The notes: generated from the sequence alone by a model not told the origin. A stretch of 30,289 nucleotides of DNA from Candidatus Zixiibacteriota bacterium (GCA_029932605.1 JAOZPT010000028.1:1-30289); one strand, 5' to 3'; numbered from the stretch's first letter, positions 10,446-20,033 are shown. Program-made: numbers and translations.

Positions 10446-10666
10446 AAAGAAGAGAATTTATAGGCGCGTGCACCATAGTTGGACTGGGCCTGGCGATTGG
10501 CCTGCCAGGAGAGATTTACAGTCAAACACCAAACGTATCGGTAACCAGCCCCTCATTAGGAACCTTGACCATGTTTGCATCACCCCGCGGGGGATGTACT
10601 GAGTCTGGATTAACTCTTTATGATAAGGGGCCATTAAGAGATGATTGTTTCGGACTGTTAGATTAA
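10442..10666 (+). CDS. 74-aa twin-arginine (Tat) signal-bearing small protein
   Basis: MKRREFI plus hydrophobic stretch; TTGA overlap with the upstream stop; ends 2 bp before the prmC ATG. Confidence 0.6.
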   Translation: MKRREFIGACTIVGLGLAIGLPGEIYSQTPNVSVTSPSLGTLTMFASPRGGCTESGLTLYDKGPLRDDCFGLLD

Positions 10667-10668
10667 CT

Positions 10669-11532
10669 ATGGCATTGACTGTGGCAGAGCTTATTGCCGA
10701 GGGAATAGGCTGTCTTAAATCTGCCGGTATCGATGATGCTGAAATTGCCCCACGTTCAATTCTTCAATATCTTTTAAAACAAACTTCGTCCGGTTTGCAG
10801 GTTATCATCGACAAAGCTGTTCCTGAAGAAACCGCTGAGCTTTATAGAAAGCTTGTTAAAAAAAGATGTGGTCATGTTCCAATACAATACATTTTAGGTG
10901 AGGTTGAATTTTATAATGTCAAGCTTGGGATTGATAGGCGGGCAATGATACCTCGCCCCGAAACGGAGATTCTGGTTGAAAATACGATTTCTATTCTTAA
11001 TAGTTTTTCCAATCCTTACGTTCTTGATATCGGAACTGGTTCGGGCAATATAGCAATCGCTATCGCTAGTAATGTCGATAATGTAAAAATAAAGGCTGTT
11101 GATATCTCGGACGAGGCTTTAAATTTAGCTGTTGAAAACGCACGTTTGAATGATGTATTAGATGATATTGAATTTATTCAGGATGATTGTCTGCGAGAAC
11201 GTTTCTGGGAAGAAGTTGGCAGGTTCGATGTCATCGTCTCGAACCCGCCTTACGTTGATGCTGGAGATTTTGATAAGTTACAACCTGAAATAAAACTTTA
11301 CGAACCTAAAATAGCGTTGATAACCCCCGGTAACCCACTACTGTTTTTTAAGGCTATTGCTCAACATGGGAGATGTGCTCTTGATGTCAATGGTGCTATA
11401 TGTTGTGAGGTGGGAATTGGTCAGGCGTTGAAAGTTTCTGAGATATTGAAAAAATACCTTGGCGACGTCGATTTGAAGATAGTAAAAGACTTAACTGGCA
11501 TCGAGAGAGTCATTATCTGCCGCTTGATTTAA
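10669..11532 (+). CDS. prmC: release factor glutamine methyltransferase
   Basis: PIQYILG, IPRPETE, LDIGTGSG, VSNPPY; start moved to ATG 10669. Confidence 0.95.
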   Translation: MALTVAELIAEGIGCLKSAGIDDAEIAPRSILQYLLKQTSSGLQVIIDKAVPEETAELYRKLVKKRCGHVPIQYILGEVEFYNVKLGIDRRAMIPRPETEILVENTISILNSFSNPYVLDIGTGSGNIAIAIASNVDNVKIKAVDISDEALNLAVENARLNDVLDDIEFIQDDCLRERFWEEVGRFDVIVSNPPYVDAGDFDKLQPEIKLYEPKIALITPGNPLLFFKAIAQHGRCALDVNGAICCEVGIGQALKVSEILKKYLGDVDLKIVKDLTGIERVIICRLI

Positions 11533-11724
11533 AGATTGACTTATTAACAGTTTTTATAATGTTTGCGAAAACATCGGCATTTTTACATGCTTTTGAAACA
11601 TCAATATAAGTCTGCGTATATATCCTGTGAATTGTAACTTTATCATGAGAAAATAAAAAAACATATCAAAATTATTTTTACCATTTTTTAATCATGCTTT
11701 TTGTTTTGAATGTATAAAAAAAGT

Positions 11725-11753
11725 TTGACAAAATTTTAAAACAAGTCTAAAAT
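11725..11753 (+). promoter_or_regulatory. sigma-70-type promoter of the enhancer-binding protein gene
   Basis: TTGACA (11725-11730), 17-bp spacer, TAAAAT (11748-11753). Confidence 0.7.
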
Positions 11754-11764
11754 CAATTTTGTAA

Positions 11765-13576
11765 ATGAATGTTAGGATAAAAAAGAGAAGTAAACATTTC
11801 GCTGAAATTTTAGAGGGGTTTAAAACTAGTAGCATTGTTAAAGCTTCTGTATTATGTAACCTGGTTTCTTCTTTAAAAAATGATTGCCGGGATATTGTTA
11901 AAAGTGGCCATAAACAGAATCAACGTCTTAAGCAAGTTGTATCTGATATCGACGATTTGGAATTGTCGATTAATGAACTTTCAGATTATATCACTCAGGG
12001 TACAGGTAAACTTGTCAAGGAATATAGCTGGCTTAAAAACAAATTGGGACTGTTGGAAGATGAGCGGCAAAATTTTAAAATCTTGTATGAGCTGTCCTCG
12101 ATTCTTGATAAGGAGACAGAGCTTGAAAAGCTTCTGGATGCCGTTATAAATTCGATAAAGAAAATTCTTGATGCTGAATATGGTGTTATCAAGCTTATCG
12201 ATGAAAAAAGGAATATCAGGTTTAGTAAAGAGGTCACTTCAAAAAATAATGATGAGGTATTACTTGAGTTAAAAGATAAGGTTGTTGATGCTGCCGTAGA
12301 TAGTAGCAGTTCCATAATTATGAACAACCTTATTCTTAAAAATAAAAAGAATGGAGATCGCGGTAAGTTTGGCTCGGTTATGTGTCTGCCGTTAAAGTCG
12401 GATGAGAATATTATCGGTACCATGTATTTCGGGGCTTATCGAAAAAGTTTCACTGCGGATGAGGCCGATCTCTTGGAGGCTCTTGGCGAGAGGATAGCAA
12501 AGACCGTGGAAAGCAATTTTAAATACAACCAGGTGATCGAGTCCCAGCAGAAAATACTGGCCGATTTGCGAAACAGATATGATTTTGATGAGATAATCGG
12601 CAACTCGCCCGAGATGGCCGCTGTTATGTCAACCATCTCTGACGTTGCCGAAAGTGATACCACGGTTTTAATCGAGGGTGAATCTGGCACAGGTAAGGAG
12701 GTAATAGCCAGGGCCATACATAAAAACAGTCTCAGGGAAAATGATCCTTTCATCCCCATCAATTGTTCGGCCATTCCTGAGACGCTTCTTGAATCCGAAC
12801 TGTTTGGTTATGAGAAAGGAGCGTTCACTGGTGCTGTTAGCCGCAAAGAAGGCAAATTTGAGCTGGCCAATGGTGGAACGATTTTTCTTGATGAGATTGG
12901 TGAGCTTTCCATGGCCCTTCAGGTGAAACTGTTAAGGTTTTTACAGTCACATGAATTTGAACCTCTGGGTTCTAACAAACTCATTAAATCCGATGTCAGG
13001 ATTATTGCAGCGACTAAAAGGGATTTGACTAAAATGGTAGAAGAGGGGAAATTTCGCGATGACCTTTTTTACAGGATAAACGTTATAGATATTTTCATCC
13101 CGCCCTTAAGAGAACGCAAGGGGGATATACCGCTTCTTGTAAACCACTTTATTAAGAAATACATCGATAAGAACAAAAAAGAAATCGACGGTATTAGCAA
13201 AGAGGCTTTAAACATCATTGAACAGTTCAGTTTTCCCGGTAATGTCAGAGAACTTGAGAATGTGATAGAGCGAGCAGTTGTTCTCTGTAAAAATAAAATA
13301 ATTGGTGTGGATGATCTTCCTGATGTCATAAGATCAGCTGTAAAGGAAGGTTCTGGTGTTTTGCCACAGAACTCTGAACAGCTCAGAAACATTAAAAAAA
13401 AGCTGATACAAGATTCCGTAGAACCGCTTGAAAAAGATTTCATCATCAGGGCGTTAAGAAAGACTGGAGGGAATATATCTGAGGCAGCACGAGTCACACA
13501 GATGGGCCGCAGGCAATTCCAACGCCTGATGAGACGTTACAACCTTGAGCTTCAGGATATTTTTAATCCGGCATAG
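11765..13576 (+). CDS. sigma-54-dependent transcriptional activator (N-terminal helical region, GAF, AAA+, Fis-type HTH)
   Basis: [64 protein letters not shown]-like [24 protein letters not shown]. Confidence 0.95.
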   Translation: MNVRIKKRSKHFAEILEGFKTSSIVKASVLCNLVSSLKNDCRDIVKSGHKQNQRLKQVVSDIDDLELSINELSDYITQGTGKLVKEYSWLKNKLGLLEDERQNFKILYELSSILDKETELEKLLDAVINSIKKILDAEYGVIKLIDEKRNIRFSKEVTSKNNDEVLLELKDKVVDAAVDSSSSIIMNNLILKNKKNGDRGKFGSVMCLPLKSDENIIGTMYFGAYRKSFTADEADLLEALGERIAKTVESNFKYNQVIESQQKILADLRNRYDFDEIIGNSPEMAAVMSTISDVAESDTTVLIEGESGTGKEVIARAIHKNSLRENDPFIPINCSAIPETLLESELFGYEKGAFTGAVSRKEGKFELANGGTIFLDEIGELSMALQVKLLRFLQSHEFEPLGSNKLIKSDVRIIAATKRDLTKMVEEGKFRDDLFYRINVIDIFIPPLRERKGDIPLLVNHFIKKYIDKNKKEIDGISKEALNIIEQFSFPGNVRELENVIERAVVLCKNKIIGVDDLPDVIRSAVKEGSGVLPQNSEQLRNIKKKLIQDSVEPLEKDFIIRALRKTGGNISEAARVTQMGRRQFQRLMRRYNLELQDIFNPA

Positions 13577-13596
13577 CAATTAAAATTTTATGCAAC

Positions 13597-13614
13597 TGTG
13601 ACATTGTTGTCGCA
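13597..13614 (+). promoter_or_regulatory. candidate upstream activator sequence 1
   Basis: TGTGAC-N6-GTCGCA dyad, about 170-185 bp upstream of the -24 box. Confidence 0.65.
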
Positions 13615-13647
13615 TCAATTTGTGTAATTTTTTACTGGGTGTGATGC

Positions 13648-13660
13648 TAACTTGTTGATA
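13648..13660 (-). promoter_or_regulatory. IHF consensus site
   Basis: Minus strand TATCAACAAGTTA matches WATCAANNNNTTR exactly. Confidence 0.55.
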
Positions 13661-13665
13661 TATGA

Positions 13666-13683
13666 TGCGACTGCTATGTCGCA
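13666..13683 (+). promoter_or_regulatory. candidate upstream activator sequence 2
   Basis: TGCGAC-N6-GTCGCA with perfectly inverted half-sites, about 100-115 bp upstream of the -24 box. Confidence 0.7.
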
Positions 13684-13779
13684 ATTTTTTATCTTGTTAT
13701 ATTTCAATGGGTTCAGGGCTATATTTATAACCTCTTAACCAACATATCGTTACGATTATTTGAAATTAAAATAGTAATA

Positions 13780-13796
13780 CTGGCATATATTTTGCG
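13780..13796 (+). promoter_or_regulatory. sigma-54 (-24/-12) promoter
   Basis: CTGGCATATATTTTGCG: GG-N10-GC (GG 13782-83, GC 13794-95), directly downstream of an EBP gene. Confidence 0.85.
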
Positions 13797-13819
13797 TTTA
13801 TTAAGTTACAGGTATTTGT

Positions 13820-14215
13820 ATGGGCAATAATAGGTTAGAAAAAGCTACAAGCCGAGGGCTAAAAAGCCTGCAAAATCAGGTCACCGAGGCTGCTCTTGAG
13901 GTGCAAAAAAACATAGGACCGGGGTTTTCTCCGCACGATTATTGCCAGGCTTTAGCATACGAGTTTCAATTGCGGGATATACCGTTCGAGCGGGAAAAGA
14001 ATGTTAAGCTTTCTTATAAAGGTAATGTGGCTGGTCATTATAAACTCGATTTTGTTGTGAGGGAAAGGATGATATTAACAATCCTTTCCGTAGATGAGAT
14101 CTCCGATTCTGACAAGTCGAAGATGAGGAATTTCTTAAGGGCGTTGAATATTAAACTGGGGATGATGCTTAATTTTTCTCGGGGGAAGGTTGAGATTAAA
14201 GCGGTTTATAATTAG
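13820..14215 (+). CDS. GxxExxY family protein (PD-(D/E)XK-like fold) with degenerate motifs
   Basis: AALEVQKNIGPGF..Y..ALAYEF..IPFEREK..YKG..LDFVV..LGMMLNF fits the family pattern, but the signature E and the ExK are substituted. Confidence 0.85.
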   Translation: MGNNRLEKATSRGLKSLQNQVTEAALEVQKNIGPGFSPHDYCQALAYEFQLRDIPFEREKNVKLSYKGNVAGHYKLDFVVRERMILTILSVDEISDSDKSKMRNFLRALNIKLGMMLNFSRGKVEIKAVYN

Positions 14216-14253
14216 GCAAATCGTTCAATTTTAAACTATGAAAGGAGGTGACA

Positions 14254-14358
14254 ATGCCAGCTAAGAGGAAGAAAAAAGCAACCAAGAAAAAAGCGACTAA
14301 GAAGAAAGCAACCAAGAAAAAAGCAACAAAGAAGAAAAAAACTAAGAAACGTCGCTGA
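14254..14358 (+). CDS. 34-aa Lys-rich histone-H1/protamine-like peptide (not in the ORF track)
   Basis: SD AAAGGAGGTG (14241-14250), ATG 14254, MPAKRKKKATKKKATKKKATKKKATKKKKTKKRR, tandem stops TGA TAA; repeat units differ at synonymous sites. Confidence 0.85.
   Translation: MPAKRKKKATKKKATKKKATKKKATKKKKTKKRR
14269..14337 (+). repeat. 15-bp imperfect tandem repeat encoding KKKAT
   Basis: AAGAAAAAAGCAACC / AAGAAAAAAGCGACT / AAGAAGAAAGCAACC / AAGAAAAAAGCAACA / AAGAAGAAA. Confidence 0.9.
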
Positions 14359-14412
14359 TAAACTGGTTGTTATAGTATAATTGAACATTATTAAATATAA
14401 CCAGAATGGTTG

Positions 14413-14444
14413 ATAAGCCCGCCAATGACGGGCTTATTTTATTT
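14413..14444 (+). terminator. intrinsic terminator of the sigma-54 operon
   Basis: ATAAGCCCG-ccaatga-CGGGCTTAT followed by TTTATTT. Confidence 0.8.
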
Positions 14445-14482
14445 GCTTTGATATTTTAAAAAACTTTGTATATTTTTATATA

Positions 14483-14875
14483 ATGATATTTTGGCGTTAT
14501 CATTTCCCGGTTATCCTATATGCCGGCTTGATTTTTTTAGCTTCTTCGATTTCGTCTTTACCGACAAAAGTGCCTTTTTTCACCTTTAGGGATAAACTAA
14601 TACATTTTTTAGAATACGCTGTTTTCGGTTATTTATTATGGCAATCGGTAACTAGATGGAAAATCGATACCAGCCTGGCAGGGTTAATGTTGTTGGCGCT
14701 GTTGCTTGGGACGGTTTATGCCGGAAGCGATGAAATCCATCAATATTATGTCCCCGGTAGAGATGCTAATGTTTTCGACTGGATAGCTGATGTTATAGGG
14801 CTTGCGGTTGGTCTGACAACAGCTTATATTTTTACAGGAAGGAAGGTTTCGTTTGGAGGCAATAACAAGGATTAA
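14483..14875 (+). CDS. VanZ family membrane protein
   Basis: IFLASS, DKLIHFLEYAVFG, SDEIHQYYVPGR, DWIADVIG. Confidence 0.9.
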   Translation: MIFWRYHFPVILYAGLIFLASSISSLPTKVPFFTFRDKLIHFLEYAVFGYLLWQSVTRWKIDTSLAGLMLLALLLGTVYAGSDEIHQYYVPGRDANVFDWIADVIGLAVGLTTAYIFTGRKVSFGGNNKD

Positions 14876-15007
14876 ATGAGATATGGAATAACTTATAATT
14901 GGTTAAATTAAGTCGATAATTTAAAAGTCGGGTTAAACCGGCTATATTTTTAGGAAGGAAAACTTATAAATTATGGTCAATCTTTTATACGGAATAAAAA
15001 GGTTCTA

Positions 15008-16837
15008 ATGGTTTATTTGAAAACCGCATACCGTACTCATAGTTGTGGTGAACTCGACATCAAAACGGTTGGTGAAGAGGTTGTTCTCTGTGGTTGGGTA
15101 GCTGGTTGGCGCAATCTCGGTGGAGTGATATTTATCGATCTTCGAGACCGCTGGGGTATTACACAGATAACTTTTAATCCTCAACTATGTTCACATGACT
15201 TAGTCGATGCCGCCAAGAAGTTGCGTTATGAGTTTGTAGTCCAGGTTAAGGGTAAGGTTCGGCTTCGGCCCGAGGAGGCAATAAATCCGAGAATGCCAAC
15301 AGGGAAAATCGAGATTTCAGCAAACAGTCTGAAGGTTTTAAGCATATCTGATACGCCGCCATTTCTAATTGAGGATGATGTTGATGCTTCAGAGGAGCTT
15401 CGTCTTAAATACCGATACTTAGATTTACGCCGACCTATATTGAAGGATAAATTACTGCTCAGGCATAAGGCTATACTGGAGATAAGAAAATATCTCGACA
15501 GCTGGGGGTTTGTTGAAATAGAAACACCTTTATTGATAAGGTCAACGCCGGAAGGAGCCAGGGATTTTGTTGTACCCTCACGTGAACGGCCTGGTTGTTT
15601 TTATGCCTTACCGCAATCGCCACAGCTTTTCAAGCAGATACTTATGATTTCTGGGTTCGACAGATATTTTCAGATAGCCCGATGTCTCCGCGATGAAGAC
15701 CTTCGCGCCGACCGTCAGCCTGAACATACACAGATAGATATGGAAATGGCTTTTGTCTCAATGGATGATGTTTTTGAGGTCGTTGAAGGAATGATGGTGC
15801 ATCTTTATAATAAAGTTTTAAATATAAAACTTGATGCGCCGTTCCCCAGATTGACGTTCGATGAGGCAATGGCTAAATATGGTACTGATAAACCCGATTT
15901 ACGTTTTGGTGTGGAGATTGTAAATCTCACCGATGATGTTGCTCATTGCGGATTTAAGGTTTTTGAGAATGAGGCATCAAACGGTGGTTTTATTGGTGGG
16001 TTGCTTTATAAAGGGGGAGCTGGTCTTTCACGGAAGAATCTTGATGAACTTCAGGAGATTGTGAAAAAAAATGGTGGCAAAGGGCTTATACACATTAGAC
16101 TTAAATCCGAGGGCATTAAGTCTCCATTGAGCAAGTATGTTGATGAGGAAAAAATTGGACGAATCGTAAATAAGATGAATGCGTCTGAGGGTGACCTTAT
16201 CCTGATTGTTTCTGCTCGCAGATTGTTAGCTTTGACCTGCTTGGGAGCTTTAAGGCTTGAAATAGGTAAAAGATGCAATTTAATAGATAAAAAATTGTGG
16301 AGGTTTGTCTGGGTGTATAAATTCCCTTTGTTTGAATATAATTCCGATTTAAAACGTTTCGACGCTATGCACAATATTGTAACCTCTCCATGTGAGGATG
16401 ATATCGGCAAACTCGATGAGGGCTTCAACTCAGAGCTACCGTTTGATGATGAAAACCACCCCTGGGCAAAGATTTATGCTAACCAGTATGACCTCGTCTG
16501 CAATGGGGTTGAACTGGCCTCGGGTGGTATAAGGATACATCGCTCGGATTTGCAGATGAAGATATTAAAGATTCTGGGGATGTCAGAAGAGCGTGCTGAA
16601 AGGATGTTTGGTTTTTTGTTGAGAGCTTTTCGTTATGGTGCACCACCTCATGGGGGTATTGCTCCCGGTCTCGACCGGATAATTGCTCTTATGACGAACA
16701 GCCCATCCATCAGGGATGTTATAGCTTTTCCAAAAACAACGGGTGGCCGTTCTTTAATGGATGAAACTCCAGCCCCTATAGATCCACAGCAATTGGATGA
16801 ACTCGGCTTACAAATTAAAAAGAAACCGGTGGAGTGA
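15008..16837 (+). CDS. aspS: aspartate--tRNA ligase
   Basis: [76 protein letters not shown]. Confidence 0.97.
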   Translation: MVYLKTAYRTHSCGELDIKTVGEEVVLCGWVAGWRNLGGVIFIDLRDRWGITQITFNPQLCSHDLVDAAKKLRYEFVVQVKGKVRLRPEEAINPRMPTGKIEISANSLKVLSISDTPPFLIEDDVDASEELRLKYRYLDLRRPILKDKLLLRHKAILEIRKYLDSWGFVEIETPLLIRSTPEGARDFVVPSRERPGCFYALPQSPQLFKQILMISGFDRYFQIARCLRDEDLRADRQPEHTQIDMEMAFVSMDDVFEVVEGMMVHLYNKVLNIKLDAPFPRLTFDEAMAKYGTDKPDLRFGVEIVNLTDDVAHCGFKVFENEASNGGFIGGLLYKGGAGLSRKNLDELQEIVKKNGGKGLIHIRLKSEGIKSPLSKYVDEEKIGRIVNKMNASEGDLILIVSARRLLALTCLGALRLEIGKRCNLIDKKLWRFVWVYKFPLFEYNSDLKRFDAMHNIVTSPCEDDIGKLDEGFNSELPFDDENHPWAKIYANQYDLVCNGVELASGGIRIHRSDLQMKILKILGMSEERAERMFGFLLRAFRYGAPPHGGIAPGLDRIIALMTNSPSIRDVIAFPKTTGGRSLMDETPAPIDPQQLDELGLQIKKKPVE

Positions 16838-16841
16838 CATC

Positions 16842-17807
16842 TTGGCTATTAAAAAGATTTTCATAGATGACGTTGACCAGAGGTTGTTATTTGGATATAA
16901 TAACGCTAACTTACGGTTGATCGAAAGCGAGTTTTCTGCAAAAATCACAGCTCGAGGCGATTGGGTTCAGCTTGAGGGTGATGATGACCAAATAGAGGCT
17001 GTGGCCAAGGTCATAGATGATATTTCTGACCATCTGAAAGCAACAGGTGAGCTCTCAGACCGGTATATATTGTATTCGTTGGCCATGATCAAAGAGAGCG
17101 GTATAGGACCGCATTCCCAGATATTGGATTCGGAACCTCTGGTTGTATCACTTACCACTCACAGAAGTATAAAACCTAAAACAATCGGTCAGAAGGAGTA
17201 TGTGAGGGCTATCGATAAGAACGATCTTGTGTTCTCCATCGGACCGGCAGGTACCGGTAAAACATACCTGGCAGTTGCCAAAGCGGTAATGGCGTTTAAG
17301 CAAAAACTTGTAAACAGGATTATTTTAACCAGACCGGCAGTTGAAGCGGGGGAGTCGTTAGGTTATTTACCTGGTGATATCAGGGCAAAAGTCGATCCCT
17401 ATCTGCGACCGCTTTACGACGCGCTGCATGATATGGTTGAAGCTGAAAAAATCAAGAAGCTTATGGAACTTGGAGTAATTGAAATCGCTCCCCTTGCTTT
17501 CATGAGGGGAAGGACATTAAACAGCTCCTTTGTTATTCTTGATGAAGCTCAGAACACTTCCCATGGCCAGATGAAAATGTTTCTTACTAGGCTTGGCCTG
17601 GGTTCCAAGGCGGTGGTTACCGGTGATATTACCCAGATCGATCTTGAGGATTCGAAAAAGTCGGGTTTACTCAGAGTTAGAAAGATTCTCAGTGGTTTAA
17701 AGGGAATGGCGTTTGTGGAGTTGAGTGAAAAGGATGTTGTCAGACATAGACTGGTTCAACAGATAATAAAAGCTTACGAAAAATATGAAGCTCGGAGAAA
17801 AAAGTAA
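16842..17807 (+). CDS. phoH: PhoH family ATPase
   Basis: GPAGTGKTYLA, LTRPAVEAGE, APLAFMRGRTL, LDEAQN, GDITQIDL; probable TTG start 16842 after GGAGTG. Confidence 0.93.
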   Translation: MAIKKIFIDDVDQRLLFGYNNANLRLIESEFSAKITARGDWVQLEGDDDQIEAVAKVIDDISDHLKATGELSDRYILYSLAMIKESGIGPHSQILDSEPLVVSLTTHRSIKPKTIGQKEYVRAIDKNDLVFSIGPAGTGKTYLAVAKAVMAFKQKLVNRIILTRPAVEAGESLGYLPGDIRAKVDPYLRPLYDALHDMVEAEKIKKLMELGVIEIAPLAFMRGRTLNSSFVILDEAQNTSHGQMKMFLTRLGLGSKAVVTGDITQIDLEDSKKSGLLRVRKILSGLKGMAFVELSEKDVVRHRLVQQIIKAYEKYEARRKK

Positions 17808-20033
17808 TTGAAAAAATTTCGTAAGTCTAACAACGATATTTTAAAGTCAAGTGAGATCCCTTTAGAAGAAACCAGGAGACGCCAGCGATTTAATAAAAAC
17901 CTGGTTTATAAAGTAACTATCGGGGCGATTTTGATACTTGGTATTACTTTTTTATACCCAATGGATAAAATATATCAGCCATTGGATGTCCCGAGTATTA
18001 ACGAAATTTCATCGGAAAATATCAGAGCACCATTCGATTTTCCGATTTTTAAAAACTCTGAAGAGCTTAAAAAAGACAAGCAGATAATCATAGAAAATCT
18101 CAAACCGGTGTTGAGCTACGATACATTGATTACAAAAATTATTATCAGCAGGGTGAAAGGTTTTTTTAATTTCATTGATTCTTTAAAATCGGATACGCTT
18201 GACCAGCAGAATAGAATTTTTATATTAAAGAGCCGTTATCCCAATCTCCCCGATTCGGTGGTTTCATTTATCTTTTCAACACAACAATATAGCCTGATAA
18301 AAACTTCGACATTACAGATTGTTGATAGTCTGGTTTCGGATGGTGTTGTTGAAAACGTCAACAGCTTGCCCCTTCAGAGTTCAGGATTGGTCATTATTCA
18401 TAGCCCCGACAAGATTAAAACTGTTGCCCGCGATAGAGTATTTGATTTATCTCGTGCTCGGAATTTTATTTTAAAACGGGCTACGGAATTAGACAAGCAT
18501 GATAGGGATGTTACCAGAGCAATCGTTGAAATTGCGGTGATGTTTTTAGAGCCAAACCTTATGTTCGACAGGGAAAAAACAAAGCAGAACCGAAACGCTG
18601 AACTTGAGGCAATCCCCAGGATCAAGGGTTTGGTACTTAAGGATGAATTAATAATCAAAGCCAACGAACGGGTAACCCAGGTTCATCGCGACAAGCTCGC
18701 CTCGTTAGCTAAATATAAGCGTCAGAGGTTACAGGGTAAGAACCTGTGGCAGTTTCTACTGCCACCATTGGGAAGGATGTTTTTTGTTGCCTTTCCTATC
18801 TTGTTTTTCTTCTTCTTCTTGTATTTTTTTAAAAAACAAATTTATAACTCCAGTAAAAATCTCATCGTTTTTGCTCTTCTTATTGGAGCAGAGGTTATAC
18901 TTCTGGATGTAGTTGTTGCTCAGGAAATACTATCGAGATACTTGGTTCCATTGACTATTGCCGCTATGCTGGCAACAATTTTATACGATGAGGAGGTCGG
19001 GCTGACTCTAAGTGTTTCTTTGGGGATGCTGGTAGGTGTTTTATCAGGTTTTAAACTTGATATCGCCTTTGTAACGATAATCTCGGGAACGGTGGCCTGT
19101 TTTTCAGTGCGTAAGGTGCGTCACCGTCACGAGTTTTATCGTCCGATTATCTATCTCTGTCTAACATATGCTGGTTCGGTTTACATAATCGAATCGCTGA
19201 AACTGACACCTGTTCCGGAGCTCTGGCAACATGTGAGTCTATCTGTGATTAATGGTTTTCTCTCACCGATATTGACTATCGGGCTGTTGTCTCTTTTTGA
19301 GACCGGTTTTGGTTTAACCACTGATGTTACTCTTCTTGAGCTTTCGGATTTAAATCTTCCTCTTTTGAAACGCCTGGCGCTGGAGGCCCCTGGGACTTAT
19401 CAGCATTCCATAATGATTGGCACTTTGGCGGAGGACGCTGCCGAGGCGATAGGTGCCAATTCACTCTTGGCAAGGGTGGGTTCGTATTATCATGATATAG
19501 GCAAAATGCTAAAACCTGAATATTTCGTTGAAAACCAGATAGGTGCTGAGAATAAACATGAAAAATTAGCTCCTACAATGTCTGCATTGATCCTTGAGTC
19601 TCATATCAAAGAGGGAGTAGACCTGGCGTTGAAACATAACCTTCCTAAAAGTATTATTGATTTCATTACCGGCCATCATGGGACCGGGGTCATGACTTAT
19701 TTTTATGAAAAGGCAAAAGAAGAGATGGGTGATGATGTCGATGTCAAGGATTTCCAATATCCTGGTCCAAATCCGAGATCGAAAGAAGTAGCAATAGTTA
19801 TGCTGGCCGATTCGGTTGAGGCTGCCTCACGTACTCTTGATGACCCAAAGCCATCACGTATAAGAAGCCTTACTCACACCATCTTTATGAACAAACTTGA
19901 TTCTGGTCTGCTGGAAAACTCCGATTTGACCCTTCGTGACATCAAAAAGATCGAGGATAGCTTTGTCAGGGTGCTTACTGCTTTCTTCCATCGGCGTATA
20001 AGATATCCGGAGCAAAAGGAGATCGAAGTATAA
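17808..20033 (+). CDS. 7TM-HD (HDIG) phosphohydrolase, PgpH-like
   Basis: N-terminal TM, extracellular domain, multi-TM block, APGTYQHS, YYHDIGK, HHGT, YPGPNP, MLADSVEAA. Confidence 0.9.
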   Translation: MKKFRKSNNDILKSSEIPLEETRRRQRFNKNLVYKVTIGAILILGITFLYPMDKIYQPLDVPSINEISSENIRAPFDFPIFKNSEELKKDKQIIIENLKPVLSYDTLITKIIISRVKGFFNFIDSLKSDTLDQQNRIFILKSRYPNLPDSVVSFIFSTQQYSLIKTSTLQIVDSLVSDGVVENVNSLPLQSSGLVIIHSPDKIKTVARDRVFDLSRARNFILKRATELDKHDRDVTRAIVEIAVMFLEPNLMFDREKTKQNRNAELEAIPRIKGLVLKDELIIKANERVTQVHRDKLASLAKYKRQRLQGKNLWQFLLPPLGRMFFVAFPILFFFFFLYFFKKQIYNSSKNLIVFALLIGAEVILLDVVVAQEILSRYLVPLTIAAMLATILYDEEVGLTLSVSLGMLVGVLSGFKLDIAFVTIISGTVACFSVRKVRHRHEFYRPIIYLCLTYAGSVYIIESLKLTPVPELWQHVSLSVINGFLSPILTIGLLSLFETGFGLTTDVTLLELSDLNLPLLKRLALEAPGTYQHSIMIGTLAEDAAEAIGANSLLARVGSYYHDIGKMLKPEYFVENQIGAENKHEKLAPTMSALILESHIKEGVDLALKHNLPKSIIDFITGHHGTGVMTYFYEKAKEEMGDDVDVKDFQYPGPNPRSKEVAIVMLADSVEAASRTLDDPKPSRIRSLTHTIFMNKLDSGLLENSDLTLRDIKKIEDSFVRVLTAFFHRRIRYPEQKEIEV

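Noticed and set aside
11536..11560. TTGACT..TATAAT promoter after prmC
   Set aside because: The 13-bp spacer is too short
13820..14215. GxxExxY gene as a mobile element, defence nuclease or pseudogene
   Set aside because: No terminal repeats or partner genes, catalytic motifs absent, frame intact with a dedicated promoter
14269..14337. Tandem repeat as a CRISPR array or non-coding satellite
   Set aside because: No spacers; the 15-bp period and synonymous variation are explained by the coding peptide
16797..16841. 41-bp aspS/phoH overlap
   Set aside because: TTG 16842 with an upstream GGAG is the more plausible start and removes the overlap
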